From assembly GCF_006345805.1 (NCBI RefSeq), contig NC_042998.1:20708001-20772000 (forward strand): a stretch of 64,000 nt of DNA, in the 5' to 3' direction. This DNA comes from Octopus sinensis (Eukaryota). This document shows, in pieces, positions 14,001-25,148 of this stretch. Each line of letters starts with the position of its first letter. Position 1 is the first letter of the stretch. The notes beneath the pieces are model-generated. The model had not been told where the DNA came from. It did no database searches and saw nothing but the letters and a program-made list of their open reading frames with translations. The translations under genes were made by a program, and so were the position numbers.

Positions 14001-17000
14001 CCATTTGGTAAACGTTGACTTTGAACTCTGTCACACATGTGCACTAAGTTATAACATTCTCACTCCTGTTGTTTATGGTAGTACTGGGAAATAAAGTGTG
14101 TGGGGTGGGGTTATCTCAAGATGAAGATTAGGTTTCAGCTGTGATTAGGTTTCCTTGAATGCATCAAGGAAGATGGAAAATTTTTTGAAAACAGTCATAA
14201 CAGGTAACAAATTGTGGGTCTATGGCTTTCAGAAACATTTTTTCACGCTAAGAGTTGCTGAAGCATGGAACAAACTGCCGGCATCAGTTGTTAGTTGTCG
14301 GAGCACTGCATCCTTCAAAACTTCCATGCTTCTTGAGATTCACCAACACTACACCTGATTTTTCTCCCCTCCATACAAGCATGTATCTGACTCATACACT
14401 GTTCACTTTCCAGACATTTGTACATTACTGCATGTACTTTATATGCACTTTTGACAAGTTGTGGTGCACCTGAGCACTGTATACAATAATTTCATTATTA
14501 TTATTATTATTATAATACAAAACCAAGGCAAAAATTAAATGAAATCCCACTTGAAAAGAACAAGATTTCAAGACGTCTGAGGAATCCAAGAGAATCTGAC
14601 AAGTTACCCACTCATTATCCCCAAAAAGAAGTTCCAGGAATGCTTCCATCAATGGGAAAAAGACTGGATAAAGTGCATGGCTTCAAAAGGGGACTACTTT
14701 GACAGAGATTAAATGCTAAATTGACATCATCATCATCATTTAACGTCGATTTTCCATGCTAGCATGAGTTAGACGGTTCAACCAGGGTCTGGGAAGCCAG
14801 GAGGCTGCACCAGGCTCCAGTTTGATCTGACAGTGTTTCTACAGCTGGATGCCCTTCCTAACGCCAACCATTCTGTGAGTGTAGTCGGTGCTTTTTACAT
14901 GCCTCCGGCACAGGGGCCAGAGGAGGCTGGATATGGCCACAATTTGTTGGTACTTTTTACGTGGCACCAGCATGGACACCAGTAAAGGTGGCGCTGGCAT
15001 TGGCCACATTCGGATGGTGCTTTTCACGTGCTACTGGCACGGGTATCACAACTACAATTTCTATTTGATTTTTATTTTGATGTTGATCTGCATTATAGTT
15101 TTCTTTTTATAGCACCAGATCTGATACTTTTCGGTTAGACCTCATATATTTAAAATAGCCTTTCATGTAAACAGCTTCTCTGAGAAATTCCACATACACA
15201 CAGGGATTTAATTTTGAAGAATGCTAATTTTTCAAACCTTCTCAACATCAAAAAAAATATCAAATGGAAATTGCAGTTGTGATGCCGGTGGCACATAAAA
15301 AGCACCATCCGAACGTGGCCGTTGCCAGTGCCACATTGACTGGCTTCTGTGCTGGTGGCATGTAAAAAGCACCAACTGATAGTGGCCACTGCCAGCCTCC
15401 CCTGGCACCTGTGCCGGTGGCACATAAAAAGCACCCACTACACTCACGGAGTGGTTGGCGTTAGGAAGGGCATCCAGCTGTAGAAACACTGCTAGATCAG
15501 ACTTGAGCCTGGTGCAGCCTCCTGGCTTCCCAGACCCTGGTCAAACCGTCCAACCCGTGCTAGCACGGAAAACAGACGTTAAACGACAATGATGATGATG
15601 TATATTATTGTGCATTTAATTAGTGATTTCCTCATTACATCTGTATAAATGGTGAGGTCTATGCTCTACTTTAGAGGTTCATAAGATAAAACTTGTCCAG
15701 ACATTTCTGCCCATTACTAAGATTATTACAATACCTCTGAGAGTCTGTGCTGATTCTAAGACGGTTTTTTGCGCTTCTGTTGCTTGTTGCAGAGAAACAA
15801 TGTATTCAGATAATATTGCACCAGCACTGTTAATATCTGAAAAATACAAGACAATTTTTTTTTTTTAATAAGGCAATACATAACATAAACTAATATATTA
15901 AGACATTAAGTTTATGTAAACATAATTCAACTTGAAATTTAATTATAAAGTAAGACTGCATATTTTCAACAGTAGAATTACTGTATTTAATAGCAGTGTT
16001 AAATAATAGTGATTAGTAATATATTAAAGTTAGCTAAAGTAAAGTGTACTAGCCATCTGAATGTGGCTAGCCACTGGGGGTGGGTGTTACTGAAGCTTTT
16101 AGCCCCAGGAGATCGTCGTCTCCAGCTGGCTTTAGACACACTTTCTGTCATCCCCTCTCGAAAAACTAAGTGATACATACGGACTATAGTTTTGAGGTTT
16201 TTGCCTCTCGAAAGTGTGTCTAAAGCCAGCTGGAGACGACGATCTCCTGGGGTTAAAAGCTTCAGTAACACCCACCCCCAGTGGCTAGCCACATTCAGAT
16301 GGCTAGTACACTTTACGTTGTCAAGCGGTTACTGTTTACATCTCGTTCGGAGATTTATTAAAGTTAGCTAACGTTATCTTTAAAAAAAAAAAAAAAAATC
16401 AAGAAAGCAAGGGAGGCAACTTCTAACTTTGCTGATTTCTTAGCTGTTGTCAGAGGAAGTATAGTCTTTTAACAGTGCTTACTGACCCTTACTGTTAAAT
16501 GTAAATATTTTTAAGTAAAATAATTTACTATAGAGCAACGTTGCTAAAACAAAACATTGACATCAAAATCAAATTCGATGACTGGCGTCCGTGCTAGCAG
16601 GGTACAAAGAGCACCATACAAGTGTGATCATTGACAGAGCGGCTAACGGGCTTCCGTGCCAGTGGCACTTAAAAGGCTCCATTTGAGCGTGATCGTTACC
16701 AGCATCGCCTTACTGGCACTTGTGCCCCGTGCTAGTAGGGTGCTAAGAGCACCATCCGAGTGTGATCGTTGCCAGAGCGGCTATCTGGCCTCTGTGCCCA
16801 TGGCACGTAAAAGACACCATTCGAGCTTGATCGTTACCAGCATCGCCTTACTGGCACCTGTGCCGGTGGCATGTGTAAAAAGATTCGAGCGAGGTCGTTG
16901 CCAGTACCGCCTGACTGGCCCCCATGCCGGTGGCAAGTAAAAGCACCCACTACACTCTCGGAGTGGTTGGCGTTAGGAAGGGCATCCAGCTGTAGAAACT

Positions 17001-19087
17001 CTGCCAGATCAAGATTGAAGCCTGGTGCAGCCATCTGGTTCGCCAGCCCTCAGTCATTCGTCCAACCCATGCTAGCATGGAAAGCGGATGTTAAACGATG
17101 ATGATGATGATGGGAAAAGAGATTAATTGATAGAAGGATACTGATTGTAGATTTATATAATAAACGTGAACTAACACAAGTTAATGGGACAGTAATCTTC
17201 ACAATAAATTACATTTGGTGTATAATTTATATTGATCAATTTCATCATCTTGACAGTTTGACAAGATCTGATGAGTCCAAGAACTGCATCATGCTCCAAT
17301 GTCCAATTTGGCATGGTTTCTACAGCCTGATGCCCTTCCTAATGTCAATCACTTCACAGTGTGTACTGGGTGCTTTTATCTTTCCACCTGCTCAAATTTT
17401 TTTTTTACTTGTTTCAGTCATTTGACTGCGGCCATGCTGGAGCACCGCCCTTTTTAGTCAAGCAAATCAACCCCAGGACTTATTCTTTGTAAGCCTAGTA
17501 CCTATTCTATCGGTCTCTTTTGCTGAACTGCTAAGTTACGGGGATGTAAACACACCAGCATCGGTTGATTAAGCTATGTAGGGGAGACAAACACAGACAC
17601 TCAAACATATACATACATATATACGACGGGCTTCTTTCAGTTTCCGTCTACCAAATCCACTCACAAGGCTTTGGTCGGCTCAAGGCTATGGTAGAAGACA
17701 CTTGCCCAAGGTGCCATGCAGTGGGACTGAACCCGGAACCATGTGGTTGGAAAGCAAGTTACTTACCACACAGCCACTCCTATACCTAATTATGAACACT
17801 GGGTGGGGGTCAACATCATGCTCTGAAATGGTAGAGGTCAGAGCATGTTTTTGTAGAGAATGTGCATGGCTATTCACATTTGGTAGAAGAAGAGAGGGAA
17901 AAGAGAAAATGATCAGCAGAAGCTGCAAAGAGATTGACAATGGCAACGAAGTGCCCAGGTGGCCCCACAAGGTATGTTAATTAATGTATGGAGATTAATT
18001 TGGATTGGGGAAAAGTAGACACTACAAACAAAAAATGCCTTCATAATCATCATCATCGTTTAACGTCCATTTTCCATGCTAGCATGGGTTGGACGGTTCA
18101 ACTGGGGTCTGGGAAGCCAGGAGGCTGCACCAGACTGATCTGGCAGAGTTTCTACAGCTGGATGCCCTTCCTAACGCCAACCACTCCGTGAGTGTAGTGG
18201 GTGCTTTTTGTGGTATTTATTCCACCCAATATGCACTGATACTTGCTTGACACCCTCGCCACTGAAACTGATGTATTGCATGAACCAGTGACCGGCTTAG
18301 TTGGAAGCTGGAATCCAATAATGCTGATGTTCACAAAAATGTATATTATCAAATTAGAATACAAGACAAATACACAACCAGCCAAAGAAATATGCCAAAA
18401 CAGACAAATGGGGCTTGGTGTAGTTCTCTGGCTTGCTAGCTCCAATCAAACCGTCTAACCCATGCCAGCATGGAAAACAGACGTTAAATGATGACGATGA
18501 TGATGATGTTTTATCCAACATCTATTTTCCATTCATTTAATGTTAAAAATGTTAGGATTAAATGCCGAAGTAGTAAAACCTTGAGTAGCATGAATCTTTT
18601 ATTAATTTTTGCCACATAGGGGATGTGACATATTGTGCAAACTTAGTGTCGTGGGGCTTTTTTTGTTTTTCATCTTCTAGTCACGAGGGAAGGCAGTTCA
18701 TATGACTCTCTCTACTGGGCCTCTGAGACTGGAGAAGAAGAAAGAAGGAAGCATTCCCCTGAATGCTTGCCAAAAATGATCTCCATTAAAGGCAGCAAAG
18801 GTGTGAGGAGATGGTGTTAAATCAGGAGATAGCAGAATTTGAACTCAGAATAGGAAGAACCACTGCTTTTTAAGAAATTTACATTACAACTTTATAGGCG
18901 TAGGAGTGGCTGTGTGGTAAGTAGCTTGCTTACCAACCACATGGTTCCGGGTTCAGTCCTACTGCGCGGCACCTTGGGCAAGTGCCTTCTACTATAGCCT
19001 CGGGTCAACCAAAGCTTTGTGAGTGGATTTGGTAGACGGAAACTAAAAGAAGCCCGTCGTATATATGTATATATATGTGTGTGTGTA

Positions 19088-19131
<44 letters not shown>

Positions 19132-19144
19132 GGTATAGATATAG

Positions 19145-19200
<56 letters not shown>

Positions 19201-22200
19201 TTGTGTGTATGTTTGTGTGTCTGCGTTTGTCCCCCCCAACATCACTTGACAACTGATGCTGGTGTGTTTACGTGCCCGTAACTTAGCGGTTCAGCAAAAG
19301 AGACTGACAGAATTAGTACTAGGTTTAAAAAGAATAATTCCTGGGGTCAATTTGCTCGACTAAGGGCGGTGCTCTGGCATGGCCACAGTCAAATGACTGA
19401 AACAAGTAAAAGAGCAAAAGAGTAACTCCATGGCCTCCGGATCAATCCTATAAGAGTAGCACTCTTGGCATGTCTTCTACCATAATATGAGTCAAACAAT
19501 ACCTTGTGAATCAGGTCTCCAGCCTCAAGGATAACATCCATTCTTCTTTTAACCAGACTTGAAAGCTCCAAGAAACAGATTATGAAACTAATCTTACTCC
19601 TCTGAATAGGATATCAAAGAAAATAAATCTAATGATAAATGAAACATCTTTTGTTCAAGGCTGACTGGATAATCTTACCACAGGTTATTTATCATTTTCT
19701 TCTATTCTTTTATTTGTTTCAGCCAATTGATTGCAGCCAAGCTGGAGCACTGCCTTTAGTTGAACAAATCAACCCTAGGACTTATTCTTTGTAAGCCTAG
19801 TACATATTCTACCAATCTCTTTTGCCGAACCACTAAGTTACAGGGATGTGAACACACCAACATTGGATCTCAAGCAATGATGGGGAACAAACACAGACAC
19901 AAAAACATATATATATATATATATATCAGCACAGGTGTCAGGGGAGGCTGGATCGTGGCCGTTGCCAGCCTCCCCTGGCACCTGTGCCAGTGGCATATAA
20001 GCATCCAACTGTTGAAACACTGCCAGATCAGACTGGAGCCTGGTGCAGCCTCCTGGCTTCCCAGACCCCGGTCGAACCGTCCAACCCATGCTAGCATGGA
20101 AAACGGACTTTAAACGATGATGATGATGACATATATATATAAATATATATATACACAATGGGCTTCTTTCAGTTTCCGTCTACCAAATCCACTCACAAGG
20201 CTTTGGTCAGCCTGAGATTATAATAGAAGACACTTGCCCAAGGGGCCACGCAGTGGGACAGAACCCGAAACCATGTGGTTGGTAAGCAAGCTACCTACCA
20301 CAGCTAATATTCTGTTCATTCTTATGGCAACAAGCTGGCAGAATCATTAGCACACCAGGAAAAATGCTTAACAGCATTTTGTCCGTCCTTTATGTTCTGT
20401 GTTCAAATTCCACTGAGGTCAACATTGCCTTTCATCCTTGCAGAGTGGATAAAATAAGTACCAGCTACATACTGGGGTTGATGTAATCAACTTTCCCCCC
20501 TTCCCCAGTGCCAAAATTTGAAACCAGAATTTTGTTCATTTTGAAATGGCAAAAAAGGAAGGAAAATGTCTAGTAATACTTACTCAGCTGTTTGCTTAAA
20601 TGCTTCGGCAATTCAACTTGGTCATCTTGATCAAAATTTATTATATTGATTTTCACTGTGTATTTAACCTGCAAAAAGAAATTAAAAGGTGTTTAACCCT
20701 TTCGTTTCTGTATTTATTTTGAGATGCTCTGTGTTTCTTTCAATTATTTTAAATATAACATAGAATTTAGTAAAATAACATTGTTATCATTGAGCTAGTG
20801 TTAGGAACACAAATTGTGACTAAGATTTAGTGGAAGATTTGAATTCAAAACTTATGAAAACAAGACATTTATACTAAAGAGCCAGAGCCAGTTTCAGCCG
20901 GGTTGGTAATGAAAGGGTTAAAGAATACAATATGTATAAACAATTGCAGCGTGGAAGGTGTTTATAAGCCATTTAAAATCACACAAAAGCCGTTAGATTC
21001 ACTTCAATATTCAAATTTAATTTGTCATAATGCATCACAGAATTTTGTCAGTGAACAGGTCGCAGTTTTAAAGCTACAAAAATATTTTGACAAATTAATT
21101 TTAAATATTGAAAGGAATTTTGGTCGTGGATTTTGATATAACTAATGTATGGAGAGAAACACTTCCAAGAGTTTCAAATTTACTTAAATTTTCTTCCTTC
21201 ACTTTCAGAGCAACTGGTTTCAAGGTTGATAAAAAAACTATAATTGGAATAATAAAAAAAAACGTCACCCTTTTCAAGCCTAGCCAGGCTCATGGGCCCG
21301 GCTTCCCAGTTTCTGTGGTGTATGTGTTCCCCTTAGCTGGAAGGGACACCAGTCCATCGCAGCGTTACTCAAGAAACAGGAAGAGAGAGTGAGAGAAAGT
21401 TGTGGCGAAAGAGTATAATTGGAATACTTAATCTATATAAGATCCAAGATCGTCTTACAACATAGAAACTTTCAACAACCAAGAGAAAACTAAAATTAAT
21501 GTTGTTAATAGAATATTAGTCCTTAAACTAGTAACACTAGCAACATAAGATGATACAGCTTCTCAAGAAACATTCACTGGACAATGACAACAACAAATAC
21601 TGCATACCTTGGTGTCGGTCAGTGCTTCAATTTCATCATAAGGTAACGGTACTCTGTATACCTCAGTTGTTTTCCACCAAAGCGGAATACCAAAAAATAC
21701 GCAGATCAAACCAATTCCAAGAGCTGCATATGCCTGAGTGGCTTTCTCTGTGAATATAAAAATAAGAATTCTTTAAGTATAAATGTATGACCATTGTTGG
21801 AAGGGAATCATAGTTGTGGCCGATGCCAGTGCCACCTAACTGGCAGCTTTGCCGGCTGCACATAAAAGGCACCATTCAAGAATGGCCAATGTTAGCTCCA
21901 CCTGAATGGCTCCCATGCCAGTGACACGTAAAAAGCACAATTTGAGAGAGGAGATAAACATAATCACTACGCGATATAGCCATGGGTATATGGCATAGTG
22001 ATTAAGAGGCGGGCTACTAACCCCAAGATTCCAAGTTCAATTCCAAGCAGTACCTAAATAATAATAATAATAACATCGAAAAATACCTTAGGAATGAGAA
22101 CCCAGGTTCGAAATTTCCCCAAGACACCTGATGAAGGCTGGAGGGTATATCAGCCAAAACGTTGTGTTAACAACAAACAAGATGAGGACAAATATCTGCC

Positions 22201-25038
22201 AAATGTAAATAATGTACATAATTCCTCAACTCTTAAATATAGAAACTTAAAAAGAGAAGAATCATGGGCAGGACAAAAATATATATTCTAAGTGAGAAAT
22301 ATGAAAAGGCATGGCTGACGCTGTCCTCCTGAAACAAGAGCCTCCAAGGAATCGGTCAACGAACCTCACAGATCTATGATTGTCCTGACCACCAAGAGCA
22401 TAAGCCCATACACAGCTGTTTTTCTCTGATTTATAGGGGCATGCTTAGAGTAGTTCCATTCACCCTAGCCATTTTTGCCAGTCGATTACTTTTTGACAAA
22501 TTCACTGGGAGAGAGAGCCATTCCCTCACCACTTTCACTTTCTTCTCCAAGTTGAACTTCAAAAAGTCAATGATGTCCTTAATTCTTTCACCATCATCAT
22601 CATCTTTTAACGTCCATTTTTCCATGCTGGCATGGGTTAGGCAGCCTGACTGCACCAGGCTTCACTGTCTGTTTTGGCAGGGTTTTTTATGGCTGGATAC
22701 ACTTCCTAACACCAGGCACCTTACACAGTGGGATGAGTGCTTTTAATGTAGCACTACCACAAACCTTTAAGCCACAGCCACTCCACAACACTGCCTGCCC
22801 CACCGTGTCGAAGGGATGTGGTGAGAGATTCTCGTGATGGACTCAACAGAGAGCTAAACTAGTCTAACATGCAACAACAGCTCAACATGAGTACACACAC
22901 ACACACACACATACATACATACATACCATGACACCTGGTTTGTTTCTTCCCCATCCTCTGCCTCAGATTTATGACTTTTTTCAATTCTCTACTCTTTGTC
23001 CTTTTCCAGATTCTGTATGTAAACCTACAGATACAACCATCCCATTTCTTTTCAATACTATTCACTCACACATCTTCCCATCTTTCCTTTCACCACTACC
23101 TCACTTTATATATCTTTCCTTTCCTCACACTTTCTCCCTCTCTATACATATTCATCCTCATAACTTAATAACTGACTTACTGTTTTGGCCATATATATTG
23201 AAACATTTCAACTGAGAAAGATCTTAGATAATTGATATATTACACAGACCAGAAACATACATATTAAATGATTTCAAAATATCACATGGGATATGTAACG
23301 CACTGCCTAAATACCAATCTTGAGAAATCAGGCTTCTCAAAATCAGACAAGAGAAGGCTAATTCAAAGACTACAGATCCAATCCATCACTGGGATTGTAA
23401 AAATCTGTAAAACTTTCCAGAAGTTTATCATTTAAATATATATGAGCATGTCTAGATATGTAACTATATGCATTAAGAATGCACATATAAAACATACAAA
23501 TCTGCATGCACATACATACATAGGGGGAGAATTCACAAAAAAAAAACAAAAGACGAAGACAACTGGTGTAGAAAACAAACAGATGTATTAGTATAACGCT
23601 CGGGAAGTGAAAAAGTCTTCAACGTTTCGAGCCTACGCTCTTCCACAGAAAGGAACACAGAAAGAAACAAGGAGAGAAAATAAAGAATATTAGTGGCTAG
23701 CGATCTATCATACATACATACATACCTTGGTGTTGATGCTGAAATTCCAATGAAGGAACCTTGAATCTAGGTTAAAAACCGGTTCTTTTTCTATTGGCAA
23801 GAAATCTTCAAATAACACTGAACAATGACTGACTGACTGACAGACAGACAGACATACATACATACATACAGACATGAGTACGTCTTTGATAAGGTCCAAC
23901 GATGCCAAAATACATTTGATGTTGTCGCTAGCCACGGTGGATGATTTTCCATTTCCCTCTGATATATATACTGTGTATTTAAACACAGTACATCCATAAC
24001 AGATGAACAGATGTCATCTCTGACGAATTCCGCAGTAATTTTCCTAAACGCAACCATTCTGAAAACTATCTCTAAAAGTTACTGTTGTTTAGTCCCCCAC
24101 TCAGCCCTGATCGAAGGTCCTCCAGCTATGATAATATCGACCAGCTATAAATTATAGCCATATCCTGTTTCAAGTCACACCCGTCCAAATATGAGATATT
24201 TGTTGATATATTATATATATATATATGTGTGTGTGACCTCGTGAGTACCGCTGGCGATTTTTTTTCCTCTGTCTTCTCTCCTCTGGATCTTTCCTTCTCC
24301 TATGTTTCCGACGAAGAGCTCCGCTCGAAACGTTAAACCCTCCTTCTTCCCTTCTTTCCTGAGCGTCCAATAATACTTTATTTGTTCCACGTCCTCGCGT
24401 TGTTGTGTTTTTTTTTTGGGGGGGGCTTTCTTGTTTGGATTAACTTTATATATATATATATCTAAAAGCTATTTCGCAACATTTACATATCTTCGAGAAG
24501 AGCAAAAGATGCGACAGGCTTTTCATTTATATGACGATATCGGGTGTGTGTTTTATCTTTACTCTATCAGATAACCCATTAGACTGAGAGGTTTATTCTT
24601 TATTTCTTTAGTCTCTTTTGCAGACGATATATTTGTGTGTGTGTGCGAAAGAGAGAGACAGAGAAGAGTGAGAATTAAGCTCTAAAAAATATGTCAAACA
24701 AGCACAAACTGCTGAATAATGCGACAGGACGGTTACGGTATCCAGGGTAAATAATGGATTTACAACAAAACGCTTTGTATAGCTTTAATAGGAGCGGTAA
24801 AAAACCATTTACTTAAACACGCAGGTATAACACTTGAAATTACAGTATTTTACTTCGCATGAGGAAAATATCCGCAATATTTCTCCATTCTAATTTATTT
24901 TAACGTGCTTTAAGATTTTCAGAAATATAACGAAGGTACAGAGAAACAGAAATAGCACCTTTTAAGAAAGTACATGGTTTATAAAATAAAAGAAATTCAA
25001 TTTATATTACCTTTCTCGAGACGTTTATTTTTATTCAT
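552..25038 (-). CDS. PIGS: GPI transamidase component PIG-S, 5' part (7 exons joined; gene continues past left edge of window)
   Basis: join(25038-25011, 21747-21608, 20668-20584, 15836-15735, 9262-9119, 6309-6200, 672-552) = 730 nt with all GT-AG introns and matching phases. Translation MNKNKRLEKEKATQAYAALGIGLICVFFGIPLWWKTTEVYRVPLPYDEI... contains the PIG-S hallmark G(L/I)PLWWKTTExYR..LPY and later YDITFTL...WDME, matching human YEITFSL...WDIE as recalled. Confidence 0.95.
746..2295 (+). repeat. Head-to-tail tandem array of a ~228-bp tRNA-derived SINE (5 full units plus leading partial units)
   Basis: Unit starts at 1152, 1380, 1607, 1839, 2067; A box TGGCAGAATCGTTAG, B box GAGTTCAAATTC. 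Confidence 0.92.
3288..3684 (-). mobile_element. Non-autonomous Helitron
   Basis: 5' TC-TTTATATATAAAAG; 3' hairpin CCCGAGCAACGCCGGG then CTAG; A|T target site. Confidence 0.8.
3693..4265 (-). mobile_element. Family C non-LTR element (RTE-type 3' end, (ATG)n tail, internal ~45-60-bp GC-rich minisatellite)
   Basis: aggaagggcatccagctgtagaaac...gctagcatggaaaacggacgttaaacgatgatg. More than 25 copies or fragments, e.g. 6580-7045, 13371-13645, 34180-34445, 39163-39578, 54151-54465, 56280-56580 and 59361-59715 on minus; 15248-15600, 16565-17112 and 61495-61815 on plus. Confidence 0.85.
5320..5740 (-). mobile_element. tRNA-derived SINE family A (Nin/Deu-like central domain), duplicated body
   Basis: Reverse complement of ggcgagctggcaga...gagttcaaattcc...catcctttcggggtcgataaattaagtaccag. 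Other copies at about 20330-20510, 40945-41172, 46880-47480, 53775-53950 and 54905-55295. Confidence 0.85.
6200..6309 (-). CDS. PIGS: PIGS exon 6 (DVVGSSAKIARLFHNVLSRHHPLERLYEASAGLKQLK)
   Basis: acceptor ccactttcag|AT, donor AAG|GTATAC; phase 1 to 0. Confidence 0.85.
7960..8170. repeat. Unclassified interspersed repeat (second copy at about 20925-21130)
   Basis: Shared ataaacaattgcag...gaaggtgtttataagccattta...ttagattcacttcaa. Confidence 0.65.
8439..8847 (+). mobile_element. tRNA-derived SINE family B (CORE-like domain, internal TA/TG microsatellite, GTAAAAGA tail)
   Basis: Head aggcgcaggagtggctgtgtggtaag...ggttcaatccc, CORE-like ggcaccttgggcaagtg. Other copies at 71-470, 4425-4955, 9320-9480, 19710-20305, 33130-33385 and 63250-63790. 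Confidence 0.88.
9119..9262 (-). CDS. PIGS: PIGS exon 5 (DADSKLGEDLFTQSSGYHVILLPDDHPLKENTPYLGQFNVIFVCSIPK)
   Basis: acceptor tgttttgcag|AT, donor G|GTAACA; phase 1 to 1; position and spacing fit PIG-S (YxG motif). Confidence 0.85.
10643..11200 (-). pseudogene. Decayed, internally deleted maT (DD37D)-type Tc1/mariner transposase
   Basis: VAHCSVNTVKA; GLRPNSDSYVELLETVVKP*LERIAAGRPYV; SACNTKAKLVATIKEV; GSYFE. Confidence 0.8.
11592..11890 (+). mobile_element. Same SINE family; tRNA head inverted relative to the hammerhead body
   Basis: Minus-strand head (TGGTGTAGTGG, GAGTTCGATTCC) flanked by inverted GCAGTGACCTGAATAATAAT copies, then the plus-strand body. Confidence 0.7.
11766..11811 (+). ncRNA. 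Minimal type I hammerhead ribozyme motif (Penelope-like)
   Basis: GACAC-CTGATGA-A-GGCTG(loop)CAGCC-GAAA-CG-TT-GTGTT: stem I, intact core, stem II, palindromic AACGTT stem III. Confidence 0.7.
12307..12526. mobile_element. piggyBac-type MITE
   Basis: TTAA|CCCTTTCGTTAC...GTAACAAAAGGG|TTAA. Confidence 0.85.
12622..13027 (+). mobile_element. SINE family B
   Basis: Full-length copy of the same consensus. Confidence 0.88.
14150..14712 (+). pseudogene. Decayed mariner transposase fragments interrupted by a CR1 3' end
   Basis: NFLKTVITGNKLWVYG (first-D motif) at about 14175-14228 and KKFQECFHQWEK..IKCMASKGDYF at about 14620-14705. Confidence 0.7.
14230..14512 (+). mobile_element. CR1/L2-type LINE 3' end with (ATT)n tail
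   Basis: KHFFTLRVAEAWNKLPASVVSCRSTASFK C-terminal motif. Confidence 0.8.
14727..15600. repeat. Inverted pair of family C elements downstream of PIGS exon 4
   Basis: Minus copy 14727-15078 and plus copy 15248-15600. Confidence 0.8.
15735..15836 (-). CDS. PIGS: PIGS exon 4 (NINSAGAILSEYIVSLQQATEAQKTVLESAQTLR)
   Basis: acceptor tatttttcag|AT, donor G|GTATTG; phase 1 to 1, open frame. Confidence 0.8.
16039..16316. repeat. Near-perfect inverted repeat (107-bp arms) flanked by a 16-bp direct repeat
   Basis: Arms 16039-16145 and 16210-16316; TATTAAAGTTAGCTAA at 16022-16037 and 16356-16371. Confidence 0.92.
17405..17785 (-). mobile_element. SINE family B
   Basis: Reverse-complement copy. Confidence 0.88.
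18896..19423 (+). mobile_element. SINE family B with expanded (TA)n(TG)n
   Basis: Full-length copy; microsatellite at about 19060-19215. Confidence 0.88.
20584..20668 (-). CDS. PIGS: PIGS exon 3 (VKYTVKINIINFDQDDQVELPKHLSKQL)
   Basis: acceptor tttttgcag|GTT, donor A|GTAAGT; phase 0 to 1. Confidence 0.85.
20697..20917. mobile_element. piggyBac-type MITE (opposite orientation), 28 bp from the PIGS exon 3 acceptor
   Basis: TTAA|CCCTTTCG...TGAAAGGG|TTAA. Confidence 0.85.
21608..21747 (-). CDS. PIGS: PIGS exon 2 (N-terminal TM segment, GIPLWWKTTEVYRVPLPY)
   Basis: acceptor ttcacag|AG, donor AAG|GTATGC; diagnostic PIG-S motif. Confidence 0.95.
21984..22243 (+). mobile_element. tRNA-headed SINE with (AAT)n linker and hammerhead-bearing 3' body
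   Basis: A box TGGCATAGTGA at 21991, B box AAGTTCAATTCC at 22033; body shared with 11680-11890. Confidence 0.7.
22123..22168 (+). ncRNA. Hammerhead motif, second copy with G12A core change
   Basis: GACAC-CTGATGA-A-GGCTG...CAGCC-AAAA-CG-TT-GTGTT. Confidence 0.55.
24304..24338 (+). ncRNA. Hammerhead-like motif in a Penelope-like terminal fragment
   Basis: GTTT-CCGACGA-A-GAGC(TCC)GCTC-GAAA-CG-TT-AAAC; U4C variant. Confidence 0.5.
25011..25038 (-). CDS. PIGS: PIGS exon 1 (MNKNKRLEK, phase-1 end)
   Basis: ATG at 25038 with an in-frame TGA 30 nt upstream; donor G|GTAATA; phase 1 joins exon 2 (G|AG = E). Confidence 0.8.
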
Positions 25039-25148
25039 CGTTGCTTGTCGATACCGGTGAATGTATCAGGCGGTGTAGCACGTAAATAATTATCCACGAT
25101 TAAAAATTCCAGGATTTAGGAACTCGTAGGACAGCTTTATCAATCAGG
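25039..25148 (-). promoter_or_regulatory. Probable PIGS 5' UTR / proximal promoter
   Basis: Unique, relatively CpG-containing sequence between the ATG and the first upstream SINE; positional inference only. Confidence 0.35.

Noticed and set aside
19502-19566. Exon-like segment LSSLVKRRMDVILEAGDLIHK
   Set aside because: Stop codon in the phase required by PIGS; the flank looks repeat-derived.
23791-24057. 88-aa ORF MVAFRKITAEFVRDD... as a nested gene or PIGS exon
   Set aside because: Wrong phase for exon 1, no recognisable homology, and it runs into a microsatellite.
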